Assembly: GCA_965368975.1 (NCBI GenBank)
Contig: CBDUPA010000003.1
Span: forward strand, 224,001-288,000
DNA length: 64,000 nt
Origin: an uncultured bacterium
Lineage (GTDB): Bacteria; Acidobacteriota; Thermoanaerobaculia; Multivoradales; JAHZIX01
Direction: 5' to 3'
Below are positions 54,726-64,000 of this stretch, in pieces. The number at the start of each line of letters is the position of its first letter. Positions within the stretch are counted from its first letter, which is position 1. Made by a program: the position numbers and the translations under genes. Below the pieces are notes generated by a model. It did not search any database. It worked only from the letters and a program-made list of their open reading frames with translations, and was not told the DNA's origin.

Positions 54726-56300
54726 ATGAACGCGAAATCCGAATCTCTCAGTATAGGTCGGCGGGTCGTGGGACGGATGCTGGCACTGACACTCGCAACC
54801 GGGGTCGTGGCTGGCTTGGCTGCCTGCGCCGGACCGGCGACGGAACCGGCCGATGGGGCTGGCGAGGGGCCGCGGCGCTCGCTGGCGTTGGAGCCGTGTC
54901 ACCTCTCGACATTCGGCTTGCCGCAGCGCGTCGAGGCCGAGTGTGGCACGCTCGAAGTGGCCGAGAATCCGGACGACCCCGAAGGTCGCCGCATCGAACT
55001 CTTCGTCGCCGTGCTGCCGGCGGTCAGCCGCAACGCACAGCCGGACCCGCTGTTCCTGCTCGCAGGTGGCCCCGGCCAGGCGGCGAGCGAGGCCTTCCTG
55101 TCGACGCTCGGGCTGCTCGATGCGATCAACAAGGAGCGCGACCTGGTGCTGGTCGACCAGCGAGGTACTGGCAAGTCGAACCGTCTGCAGTGCTTCGAAG
55201 ACTTGGCGCTGGACGAGCTCATCGAAGCTGGGGAAGATGCCATCCTGGACTTGGTGGAGCAGTGCCGTGACGCGCTCGCCGAGACGGCCGATCCACGCTT
55301 CTATACGACGCCGATCGCCATGGACGATCTGGACGCCGTACGTGCGGCGCTCGGCTACGAACAGATCAATCTCTATGGTGTTTCCTATGGCACGCGCGCG
55401 GCGCTGACCTACCTGCAGCGCCACGAAGACCGCGTGCGTTCGGTGATCCTCGACAGCGTCGTGCCGCAAGATCTGGCTCTCGGCTCGACGGTGGCGCGCG
55501 ACGCCCAGCGCGCCGCGGATCTGATCTTCGAGCGCTGCGCCGCCGATGCTGGCTGTGCCGAAGCCTACCCGGACGTTGCTGGGCAACTCGATGCGCTGCT
55601 GACTCGACTCGAAACCTCTCCCCGGACCGTCGAGTTGGCGCACCCGCTGAGTGGCGAGCACACCGAGGTGCGAATGACCCGCGATGTCGTCGCCAGCACC
55701 GTCCGCCTGCTGTCCTATACGCCCGAGACGGCGGGGCTGCTGCCACTGCTCATCCACCAGGCGAACACCGTCGGCGATCTGGTGCCGCTGGCGGCGCAGG
55801 GGGTGCAGATCGGCGGCAACCTGAGCGCCAGTCTGGCCGCTGGCATGGCCTATTCGGTGCAATGCGCCGAGGACGCACCCTTCCTGGATGCGGAGCAGGC
55901 CAAGGCCTGGGGCGAGAGTTCCTACCTCGGCGACTTTGCCGCCACCATGGCGGAGCTGTGTGAGATTTGGCCGCGCGGGGAAGTACCAGAAGGCTTCAAG
56001 ATGCCGGTGACTTCCGACGTGCCAGTGCTGCTGCTGTCCGGGCAGGTGGATCCGGTGACGCCGCCAGAATACGGCGACCGCGCCGCTGCGACCCTCGCCA
56101 ACAGTCTGCATCTGGTGGCACCCGGACAGGGACACAACGTATTGCCCCGCGGCTGTGTGCGGCGGATTGCGGAAGATTTCCTCGAAGGTGTCGGGGGCGT
56201 TGCTGATTCCGGATCACGCTTGCCGGAACTGGAGACCGAGTGTGTCCAGGATCTGGAGCCGATGCCTTTCTTCCTGAGTTTCACAGGGCCCAGCGCTTGA
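54726..56300 (+). CDS. Alpha/beta hydrolase, TAP-like (S33) lipoprotein
   Basis: LAAC lipobox, GGPG, DQRGTG, GVSYG nucleophile, DPVTP, GH. Confidence 0.88.
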   Translation: MNAKSESLSIGRRVVGRMLALTLATGVVAGLAACAGPATEPADGAGEGPRRSLALEPCHLSTFGLPQRVEAECGTLEVAENPDDPEGRRIELFVAVLPAVSRNAQPDPLFLLAGGPGQAASEAFLSTLGLLDAINKERDLVLVDQRGTGKSNRLQCFEDLALDELIEAGEDAILDLVEQCRDALAETADPRFYTTPIAMDDLDAVRAALGYEQINLYGVSYGTRAALTYLQRHEDRVRSVILDSVVPQDLALGSTVARDAQRAADLIFERCAADAGCAEAYPDVAGQLDALLTRLETSPRTVELAHPLSGEHTEVRMTRDVVASTVRLLSYTPETAGLLPLLIHQANTVGDLVPLAAQGVQIGGNLSASLAAGMAYSVQCAEDAPFLDAEQAKAWGESSYLGDFAATMAELCEIWPRGEVPEGFKMPVTSDVPVLLLSGQVDPVTPPEYGDRAAATLANSLHLVAPGQGHNVLPRGCVRRIAEDFLEGVGGVADSGSRLPELETECVQDLEPMPFFLSFTGPSA

Positions 56301-56313
56301 GGAGATCTCCCAG

Positions 56314-57045
56314 ATGATCCAAGTCGAAAACCTGAGCAAGAGCTTCGGCGACGTGACCGCGGTGGACGGCGTCAGCTTCGAGGTACCGGACGGCCGTATC
56401 ACCGGCCTGTTGGGGCCCAACGGCGCCGGCAAGACCACCACGCTGCGCATGCTCTACACCGTTCTGAATCCGGATTCCGGCCATGCCCGTGTCGACGGGC
56501 ACGAGAGCACGACGGACCCACAGGAGGTCCAGCGCCGCATCGGCGTCTTGCCGGACAGTCGCGGCCTCTATCCACGCCTGACGGCGCGCGAGAACATTCG
56601 CTACTACGGCCGGCTGCACGGCCTGAAAGGCGCCGAACTCGACGCCAGTATCGACCGTCTGGCCGATCTCCTCGACATGGGCGACATCCTCGATCGGCGC
56701 ACCGAGGGCTTCTCGACTGGGGAGAACCTGAAGGTGGCGATCGCTCGCGCGCTGGTGCACGGGCCGCAGAACGTCATGCTCGACGAGCCGACCAACGGCC
56801 TCGACGTGATGAGCACGCGCGCCATGCGCGCCTTCATTCGCCGGCTGCGCGACGACGGCAAGTGTGTGCTGTTCTCCAGTCACATCATGCAGGAGGTGGC
56901 TGCCCTGTGTGAACACATCGTGATCATCGACCACGGCAAGGTTGTCGCCCAGGGGTCCCCGGACGAGCTGCGCGAGCAGACCGGCAAGGACGACCTGGAA
57001 GACGCCTTCGTGGCGGCCATCGGTTCCGCGGAGGGCTTGGGCTGA
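56314..57045 (+). CDS. ABC transporter ATP-binding protein, NatA-like
   Basis: GPNGAGKTT, FSTG, LDEPTNGLDV, SSHIMQEV. Confidence 0.9.
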   Translation: MIQVENLSKSFGDVTAVDGVSFEVPDGRITGLLGPNGAGKTTTLRMLYTVLNPDSGHARVDGHESTTDPQEVQRRIGVLPDSRGLYPRLTARENIRYYGRLHGLKGAELDASIDRLADLLDMGDILDRRTEGFSTGENLKVAIARALVHGPQNVMLDEPTNGLDVMSTRAMRAFIRRLRDDGKCVLFSSHIMQEVAALCEHIVIIDHGKVVAQGSPDELREQTGKDDLEDAFVAAIGSAEGLG

Positions 57046-58223
57046 TGTTCGAACGCGTCAAGGTCATCATGATGAAGGAGCTGGTGGACAACACCCGCGA
57101 CAGGCGCACGCTGGCGGCGTCCCTGGCCTATCCGCTGCTGGGACCGGCCATGATGGTGGTGATGTTCATGGTTCTGGGGAGTGTGCTGCAGGAAGGGGCC
57201 GAGAAGCCACTGGAGCTGCCGGTGATCGGTGCCGAGCACGCGCCCAACCTGATGCAGTTCTTGGAGCAGCACAACACGATCCTCGTCGAGCCGCCGGAAG
57301 ACCCGGAAGGCGAGGTGCGCGCGGGCGATGTCGACGTGGTGCTGATCATCCCGGAGGACTTCGCCGAGAACTTCGAGGCCGGGCAACCTGCTGCCGTGCG
57401 CTTGGTGCAGGACGAGACGCGAACCTCCGCGACGTCCGACATCCGGCGAGCCCGTGCGCTGATCAGCGCCTATGACAATCAGATCGGCAGACTGCGCCTG
57501 ATGGCTCGTGGCCTGAGTCCGGCCATCATCGACCCGGTGACCATTGAGACGATCAGCGTCGCGACCGATCAGAGCCGCGCCGCCAGCCTCCTGTTCATTG
57601 CGCCCTACTTCATCATCTTTGCCGTCTTCCTGGGCGGGATGTACCTGGCGATCGACACGACGGCGGGTGAGCGCGAGCGCAAGTCTTTGGAACCCCTGCT
57701 GGTCAACCCGGCCCGTCGTGGTGAATTCGTGCTCGGCAAGTACGGAGCGACGGTGGTCTTCACCTTGGTCGCGGTGATCGAAACCCTGATTGCCTTCGGC
57801 ATCGTGTTCAACAAGGTGCCTCTAGAGGACTATCTGGGCATCCGTGTCCACATCAGCACGTCAGCGATGCTCGGCATGTTTGGCATCGCGCTACCGATGG
57901 TCTTCTTGGCACCCGCGCTGCAGCTGATCATCGCGACGTTTACGCGCAGTTTCAAGGAGGCCCAGAACTACCTGGGCATCCTGCCTTTGGTACCCGCGCT
58001 CCCCGGCATGGTGCTGGCGCTGATGCCGATCAAGCCGAAGCTGTGGATGATGCTGATTCCGACACTCGGCCAGCAGCTGCACATCAACAAGCTGATGCGC
58101 GGTGAGTTCTTGGACCCGCTGCAGGTCGCGGTTTCCGCGGTGGCGACGCTGATCGCGGCCGCCTTGCTGCTGTGGGTGGCGGCGCGTATGTATCAGAGCG
58201 AGAAGGTCGTCTTCGGGCGCTGA
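57045..58223 (+). CDS. ABC-2 permease, NatB-like
   Basis: KEL..RDRRT, AGERERKSLEPLL, RSFKEAQNY. Confidence 0.88.
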   Translation: MFERVKVIMMKELVDNTRDRRTLAASLAYPLLGPAMMVVMFMVLGSVLQEGAEKPLELPVIGAEHAPNLMQFLEQHNTILVEPPEDPEGEVRAGDVDVVLIIPEDFAENFEAGQPAAVRLVQDETRTSATSDIRRARALISAYDNQIGRLRLMARGLSPAIIDPVTIETISVATDQSRAASLLFIAPYFIIFAVFLGGMYLAIDTTAGERERKSLEPLLVNPARRGEFVLGKYGATVVFTLVAVIETLIAFGIVFNKVPLEDYLGIRVHISTSAMLGMFGIALPMVFLAPALQLIIATFTRSFKEAQNYLGILPLVPALPGMVLALMPIKPKLWMMLIPTLGQQLHINKLMRGEFLDPLQVAVSAVATLIAAALLLWVAARMYQSEKVVFGR

Positions 58224-58227
58224 CGTC

Positions 58228-61200
58228 ATGACGCTCCAGGTCGGGGCCTTGGAATCTTGGGCCCTTCAGCTGCAAACCCATTGGCAGCTGGAGAGGGTGA
58301 GTTTGCATCGCCTGCCTGGTGAGTACGATCTCAACCTGGCGGTCGAAGGGCCGGTGCGAGCGGTGCTGAAGGTCATGCGGCCGGACTGTGAGCGGTCTCT
58401 GGTCGAGATGCAGATCGCCGCACTCGAGCATATACATCGGTCGGCCGAAACCAGAACTACGCTCCCTGTTCCCCGCGTGCTCCCAGCCGCGAACGGAAGC
58501 TCTGTCGTCAAGTTCCAGGGAGAAGGCGGAACTCCTCGCCTGGCCTGGATGTGTTCTTGGCTCGAGGGGAACCGGTGGGTCGATACTCGGCCCTGTACCT
58601 GGGACCTACTGGGTCAGCTGGGACGTGCCACGGGGGAGCTCGATAGGGCGCTTGTCTCTTTCGAGCATGCTGCGCTGGATCGACCGTTGAAGTGGGATCT
58701 GCAGCAGCCGTTGTGGGTACGTGATGCGCTGCCGTTGGTTACGGACGGGGCGCGTCGGCGATGGCTCGAGGCAGTTCTACAGCGCTTCGAGACCGATTGC
58801 TCGCCTCAGCTGAAGGAGCTGCCACGGCAGGCCGTCCACAATGACGTGAACGATTACAACGTTCTCTGTCGCATGGACTTGGAAGGAAGAGCTGAAGTAA
58901 CAGGTATTGTCGACTTCGGCGATATGACGCGGGCGCCGGTGATCTGCGAACTCGCCATTGCCGCGGCGTATGCACTCTTGGGACAAGAACGTCCCGTCGA
59001 GGCGGTCGCAGCCCTGCTGGAAGGCTATGTCTCGGTACGTTCCCTCGAGGCGGCCGAGGTCGAGATGCTGTGGCCCTTGATCTTGACGCGATTGGCGGTC
59101 AGTGCGCTCAACGCCGCCCAGATGCAGCGTGAGCGTCCCAATGACCCTTACGTCATGGTGTCACAGGAACCGATAGAGGCCTTCCTGTGCCGCTTGCCTC
59201 AGATTTCCGAGGCTTACGTGCGTGCCCGCCTACGGCGTGCCGCAGGCTTGGAGCCGATCGTCGGTGCGGCGTCCCTGTCGGTTGCGATCGAGTCGGCGAA
59301 AGCCAAGGGAGATTGGGCTCCTGTCTTCAAGGATGTCGATCTTGCGGTAGCGCCTGTCGCTGACCTTGGCGTGACCGGCGATGAGGCACCGCAGGACCCT
59401 CTGGCGCCAGATATCAGGCAGGTTGACGCTGCAGTTGCAGCCCTGACAAGACCCGGGGTGCCTGTCCTCGGTCGGTACGCCGAGCCACGCTTGCTGTATG
59501 CGGCGCCTGCCTTCTTCCGCGGTGACCACCCGGCGAGTGACCGGCGAACGGTGCACTTGGGAATCGACGTTTTCCTGCCAGCCGGCACCCCGGTTCGGGC
59601 GCCCCTCGAGGGGAGCGTGCATTCGGTCGAGATTTGTGCCGGACCCTTGGATTACGGCGCTGTCGTCACGCTGCGGCACGACGACGGGGCAGTTGGCCCC
59701 TTCTTCACGCTATATGGTCACCTGGCGCACGACGTGACCCGTTCTTTGAGCCCTGGCCAGAGAGTCTCGGCCGGTGAGGTGATCGCGCGACTGGGTGCGG
59801 TGGAGGAGAATGGCGGCTGGACACCGCACCTGCACTTCCAGTTGGGGCTGTTCGAGGCGCCGGGTTCCGCCTGGCCGGGCGCGGCGGATCCAGACGAATC
59901 GACTGAGTGGCTGGCCCTGTTTCCCGATCCTGCCTCGTTGCTCGGCTTGCCGCCTGGCCATGCCACTGCGCCCGAACTCTCGCCCCAGGATCTTCTGGCG
60001 CACCGCGGCAGGCATACGGTGTCCAACTTGAAGCTCTCCTACCGCGAACCAGTCACGGTGGTGCGTGGCTGGCGTTGCCTGCTGTTCGACGACCGAGGGC
60101 GTACCTACCTCGATGCCTACAACAACGTGCCGCACGTCGGACACGCGCATCCGCGGATCACCCGCGCCGCGCAACGGCAGCTGCGTCTGGTGAACACGAA
60201 CACGCGTTACCTGCAGCCGGCCTTCGAAACCTACGTGGAGGCGTTGACCAGGCGCTTGCCGGAGCCGCTGGATGTCTGTTTCTTGCTCAACTCCGCGAGT
60301 GAGGCCAATGATCTGGCAGTGCGGATAGCGCGTCGAGCCTCTGGCGGCGAGGACATGATTGTGTCGCAAGCCGGATACCACGGCATCACCAACCTGGCCT
60401 TGGCGCTGAGTGACTACAAGTTCAGTGGACCTGGCGGTGCCGGGCCTGACCCGTGGGTGCGCGTGGCACCGGTTCCGGACACCTTTCGTGGACCCTACAA
60501 GGAAGCGGATCCCTGTGCCGGGCAGAAGTACGCGGATGCGGTGCGACGGATCGTGGAGGAGATTCAGCGTGCAGGACGCGTGCTGGCTGGATTCATCTCC
60601 GAACCGTTTCCCAGCGTTGGTGGTCAGATCGTGCCGCCCGTCGGGTATCTGGAGTCGGTCTATGCGCACGTACGAGCTGCTGGCGGAATCTGTATCGCGG
60701 ATGAAGTACAAACCGGTCTTGGACGTCTAGGTCGCTTCCAGTGGGGCTTCGAGCAGCAGGGCGTGACGCCGGATATCGTAGTCCTCGGCAAGCCACTGGG
60801 CAACGGTTTTCCGCTTGCCGCGGTCGTGACCACTGCCGCCGTCGCAGAGACCTTCGCGGATCGGATGGAGTTCTTTTCCACCTTCGGAGGCTCGACGCTG
60901 TCGTGCGTCGTCGGCCTGGAGGTGCTACGAATCTTGGACGAGGAAGACCTTGCGGGGAATGCGGCCGAGGTCGGCGAGTTCCTGTTGGCCGGGTTGCGTG
61001 AGCTGGCGAGTACAACTCCGTGGATCGGTGACGTGCGTGGTCTAGGCTTCTTTCTCGGTGTCGAACTCGTCGAAGCGAATGGAACACCAGCAACCGAGCA
61101 AGCGGCCTACGTCAAGAATCGGTTGCGTGAGAAGCGCATCCTGATTGGTACCGATGGGCCGTTCGACAATGTGCTCAAGATTCGCCCACCGCTCTGTTTT

Positions 61201-61272
61201 GGCCAGGCGGACGCGGAGTTTCTCCTGACAGCTCTGTCCGAGATTTTTGGGGAAGCTCCTCTACAGGCCTGA
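58228..61272 (+). CDS. Fusion: APH-type kinase + M23 peptidase-like domain + class III PLP aminotransferase/phospho-lyase
   Basis: HNDVNDYN and DFGD (kinase); HLGID, LYGHL, PHLHFQ (M23); YNNVPHVGH, DEVQTG, LGKPLGNG (class III AT). Confidence 0.9.
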   Translation: MTLQVGALESWALQLQTHWQLERVSLHRLPGEYDLNLAVEGPVRAVLKVMRPDCERSLVEMQIAALEHIHRSAETRTTLPVPRVLPAANGSSVVKFQGEGGTPRLAWMCSWLEGNRWVDTRPCTWDLLGQLGRATGELDRALVSFEHAALDRPLKWDLQQPLWVRDALPLVTDGARRRWLEAVLQRFETDCSPQLKELPRQAVHNDVNDYNVLCRMDLEGRAEVTGIVDFGDMTRAPVICELAIAAAYALLGQERPVEAVAALLEGYVSVRSLEAAEVEMLWPLILTRLAVSALNAAQMQRERPNDPYVMVSQEPIEAFLCRLPQISEAYVRARLRRAAGLEPIVGAASLSVAIESAKAKGDWAPVFKDVDLAVAPVADLGVTGDEAPQDPLAPDIRQVDAAVAALTRPGVPVLGRYAEPRLLYAAPAFFRGDHPASDRRTVHLGIDVFLPAGTPVRAPLEGSVHSVEICAGPLDYGAVVTLRHDDGAVGPFFTLYGHLAHDVTRSLSPGQRVSAGEVIARLGAVEENGGWTPHLHFQLGLFEAPGSAWPGAADPDESTEWLALFPDPASLLGLPPGHATAPELSPQDLLAHRGRHTVSNLKLSYREPVTVVRGWRCLLFDDRGRTYLDAYNNVPHVGHAHPRITRAAQRQLRLVNTNTRYLQPAFETYVEALTRRLPEPLDVCFLLNSASEANDLAVRIARRASGGEDMIVSQAGYHGITNLALALSDYKFSGPGGAGPDPWVRVAPVPDTFRGPYKEADPCAGQKYADAVRRIVEEIQRAGRVLAGFISEPFPSVGGQIVPPVGYLESVYAHVRAAGGICIADEVQTGLGRLGRFQWGFEQQGVTPDIVVLGKPLGNGFPLAAVVTTAAVAETFADRMEFFSTFGGSTLSCVVGLEVLRILDEEDLAGNAAEVGEFLLAGLRELASTTPWIGDVRGLGFFLGVELVEANGTPATEQAAYVKNRLREKRILIGTDGPFDNVLKIRPPLCFGQADAEFLLTALSEIFGEAPLQA

Positions 61273-61277
61273 AAGCG

Positions 61278-61317
61278 AGAAAAAGAGCCCCGCCAGGGGT
61301 CCGCTTCCCGGCGGGGC
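61278..61317 (-). terminator. Intrinsic terminator for the LamG genes
   Basis: GCCCCGCC/GGCGGGGC stem (61287-61317) followed on the minus strand by TCTTTTTCT. Confidence 0.75.
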
Positions 61318-61366
61318 GAGGTAACCAGAATCGACTTGTCTCGTGAATTCGAGCCGATCCGTAGCG

Positions 61367-62929
61367 TCAGAAGTTGCTGCTCTTGCACTTGCCAGCGCTG
61401 CCAGCACCGAACAAGGTCTGGACTTCGCTGGCACTCAGCTCGCGCTTGAAGAACTCGATTTCGTCCATGGTGGCGTCGAGGTAGCTGCCGCCGGACTGTC
61501 GGGCGATGCGCACCGGAGCACTGTTGTCCAGGTTGCCCTGGCGGCCCGTTGGATTCCGACGAGTACCCACCTCGTTGCCATCGATGTACCAGCGGATTCC
61601 CTGGCTGTCGTTGCGATCGACGGTGACGGCGACAAGGTGCCATTGCCCATCGGCGACGAAGCCGTTCGAGATACTGCTGCTGCTCGAGCCGGCAACGTAG
61701 TTGGTCCAACCACCATCGGCGAGCTGCAACGCCAGGTAGCCCTTGTAGAGAAAGAAGAGATAGCCGTAATACTGGCCGGCCGAGCTGGAGCGTTTGTCGA
61801 GAATCGTGGTCACGTGCCCGGTGTCCGAGGTCTTGATCCACAGGTCGATGGAGAAGTCGCCGGTGCCGGCGTCGAGCGTCCAGTGGTCGGGCACCTGGAC
61901 GTAGTCGTTGGAGCCATCGAAGTCGAGCGCATCGTCAACGACACCGGTTGTCCAGCTAGCGCCGTAGACGGTGCCATTGTTGGCGTTCGAGATGTCGGCC
62001 GCGCTGCTTCCCGAACCCTCGTCGAACGGCCACCAGGCCTGGAGGTTTGCCGGCGGATTGACGCAGTCGTCGCCTTCTTCCTCGCAGATGGTGAGACCGG
62101 AAGCGCCGCGCGATAGTCCCGAAGGGCCGATGTTGGTGAACTGACCATTGCTCGGGTTGAGCGTACGCAGATACTTGGTGCCGTCGACGTCACCGTCGAG
62201 CACGTAGTGGATACCGGTGTTCGGGTCGACGTCGTAGCCGCTCACTGAGCCTGTGACCGAGGACGTCACCAGGCTGCTGATCACCGAGGCGTTGATCGGG
62301 TTGATCTGGTAGAGCGTCGGTGCGGTGGTGACGGTGCGGCCATCGAGTGCGAAGAGGTTGCCGTTGGCATCGAAGGCGATGCCATCTGTATCTGCTAGAC
62401 CAGGGCCCGAGTTGTAGTTCATCGTGCCGACCAAGGTCGCGGCGCCAGTGCTCTGATTGAGCGTGTACAGCTTGTTGCGCTGGGCCGCCAGGTAGAGGAT
62501 GCCGGTCGTGGGATCGAGCGCAATATCGCCCTCCAAAACCGTCAGGCCGGTGCTGCCGATGGCCGTGTACGCGCCCGTGGTCGGGTTGATGGTGTAGAGA
62601 TAGTCGCTGAATGGAGGACCACCGCTGACGTTGACCCCCCACAACAGGCCGTTGCTGGCGTCCCACTCGATTCCGACCAGGCTGCGTACCGCGAGCGAGC
62701 GCGGGTTGCTGGCTGCTCCGGTCAGGTTGTTGATGTCCCACAGCGAGATCGGGATGGTTGGGGTTGCCCAATCATTGGCGTACATGCAAATTGGAGTCGG
62801 AATCGGCGCCAGGTAGACGGGCGGAGCTTCCTCAGCGGCACGCGCCATAGGTGGTACACCGAACCACGCGAGCACTACCAAGGTCAGCGCGAGTCCAAGG
62901 GGCGTTGATACGACGTTGAATGACTTCAT
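61367..62929 (-). CDS. Secreted protein: beta-propeller-like repeats + C-terminal LamG/pentraxin-like domain
   Basis: GGAGGA RBS, signal peptide, LYTINPTTG repeats, WWPFDE, LDFDG, DGQWHLV, MDE.EFF.R.LS. Confidence 0.85.
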   Translation of the reverse strand: MKSFNVVSTPLGLALTLVVLAWFGVPPMARAAEEAPPVYLAPIPTPICMYANDWATPTIPISLWDINNLTGAASNPRSLAVRSLVGIEWDASNGLLWGVNVSGGPPFSDYLYTINPTTGAYTAIGSTGLTVLEGDIALDPTTGILYLAAQRNKLYTLNQSTGAATLVGTMNYNSGPGLADTDGIAFDANGNLFALDGRTVTTAPTLYQINPINASVISSLVTSSVTGSVSGYDVDPNTGIHYVLDGDVDGTKYLRTLNPSNGQFTNIGPSGLSRGASGLTICEEEGDDCVNPPANLQAWWPFDEGSGSSAADISNANNGTVYGASWTTGVVDDALDFDGSNDYVQVPDHWTLDAGTGDFSIDLWIKTSDTGHVTTILDKRSSSAGQYYGYLFFLYKGYLALQLADGGWTNYVAGSSSSSISNGFVADGQWHLVAVTVDRNDSQGIRWYIDGNEVGTRRNPTGRQGNLDNSAPVRIARQSGGSYLDATMDEIEFFKRELSASEVQTLFGAGSAGKCKSSNF

Positions 62930-62963
62930 GATATTCCTCCTTCTAGCAATGGGATGAGGGATC

Positions 62964-62990
62964 GAGCCCCGCCAGGTGTCCGGGCGGGGC
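62964..62990 (-). repeat. Second copy of the terminator stem, without U-tract
   Basis: GAGCCCCGCCAGG.GTCCG...GGCGGGGC matches 61285-61317. Confidence 0.7.
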
Positions 62991-63012
62991 AGGGGATGGG
63001 CAGCGAACCTGA

Positions 63013-63957
63013 TCAAGGATTCTGGTCACCACCGTCTGGCGCCTCGTAGGTCCAAGCAGGATCTCCGGGTTTGCACTTGCCGGCGAATTGTGCGGCGTAT
63101 AGGTCTAGCGCCTCGGCTGGGGACAAGACCCGCTTGAAGAACTCCAGCTCGTCCATGTGCCCATCCAGGTGAGCCGTGCCATTGAAGCGCTGGCCGATGT
63201 AAAGGGCACCACCGTTGTCCAAGTTGCCGGAATATCCCGTGGGATTGCGCCGCTTGCCAACTTCGATACCGTCGACATACCAGCGAATCCCGTCAGTGAG
63301 ATCACGGTCGACGGTGATGACTACGAGGTGCCACTGACCATCGGCCACGAAACCATGCGCAGGCGTCTTGAGCGCCGGATTGATGGTCGTCGGCATGCGC
63401 GGCATGTCGATCGTGTACGGCATGTCGATCGACACGTAGTTGGTCCAGCCCCCGTCCGCCAGCTGCAGACTCAAGAAGCCTTCGGTCAGGAAGACGTGGT
63501 AGCCGTAGTGCAGGCCGCTGGAGCTGGCGCGTTTGTCGAGGATGGTGCTCACCAGGCCGGTATCGGTCGTACGTAGCCACAGGTCGACGGAGAAGTCGCC
63601 CGTTCCGATATTCAGGCTCGAGTGATGCGGCACCTTGACGTGGTCAGCTACGCCATCGAAGTCCAGGGCACCGGCGACGTAGCCAGCCATCCAGGACGGG
63701 CCGTTCAGCGTGCCGTCATTGCCGCCTTGGATGTCTTCGGCGATCCAACCAGAACTCTCATCGAAGGGCCACCAGGAGATCAGGCCAGCTGGTGGATCGG
63801 TACACTGCGGTGGTTCGAGCGACACACCAGCGCCGGGAGCTGCATCGACATCGCTGGCCTCGGCTGCACCGCTGCTCAGCAAGACGAAGGCCAGCAGGCC
63901 GCACGAAAACAGGATCTGCAGGGCCCGCAGGCGTGGGGAAGTATCGTGGAATCTCAT
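63013..63957 (-). CDS. Secreted LamG-like jellyroll protein, paralogue of the downstream LamG domain
   Basis: Signal peptide; WWPFDE, LDFDG, GDFSVDLW, LQLADGGWTNYV, DGQWHLV, AGKCK shared with 61367-62929. Confidence 0.85.
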   Translation of the reverse strand: MRFHDTSPRLRALQILFSCGLLAFVLLSSGAAEASDVDAAPGAGVSLEPPQCTDPPAGLISWWPFDESSGWIAEDIQGGNDGTLNGPSWMAGYVAGALDFDGVADHVKVPHHSSLNIGTGDFSVDLWLRTTDTGLVSTILDKRASSSGLHYGYHVFLTEGFLSLQLADGGWTNYVSIDMPYTIDMPRMPTTINPALKTPAHGFVADGQWHLVVITVDRDLTDGIRWYVDGIEVGKRRNPTGYSGNLDNGGALYIGQRFNGTAHLDGHMDELEFFKRVLSPAEALDLYAAQFAGKCKPGDPAWTYEAPDGGDQNP

Positions 63958-64000
63958 CGAGTTCTCCTGTAAGTCGATTTGGTGCGAATCATGAACTGCC

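Overview
High-GC bacterial chromosomal window. Gene content (VWFA-like/PEGA secreted proteins, propeller sensor kinase, giant FtsX-type permease) suggests Acidobacteriota, possibly Thermoanaerobaculia; this is inference only. Housekeeping genes (coaBC, family-4 UDG, thrC-like, ppk1, sixA, purA, uvrC) are interleaved with accessory modules. The main candidate novel system is a tightly coupled minus-strand operon at 21.0-28.6 kb: ACP, ketosynthase, Cys-less KS partner (CLF-like), class I HMG-CoA-reductase-like enzyme with apparently altered HMG-binding residues, flavin-dependent halogenase and carotenoid-cleavage-type dioxygenase. It sits under three atypical NarL/LuxR regulators and next to a divergent XRE + TPR + secreted-repeat-protein cassette resembling a split RRNPP peptide-sensing system. 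Also found: a SelW/Rdx-family selenoprotein (CxxU, in-frame UGA, downstream hairpins) at 48429-48677 missed by the ORF track, a PlsC-GNAT-TIR-like operon, and recurrent leaderless-type -10 boxes. No rRNA, tRNA, CRISPR array or transposase was recognised. All family calls come from motifs read by eye; no database searches were run.
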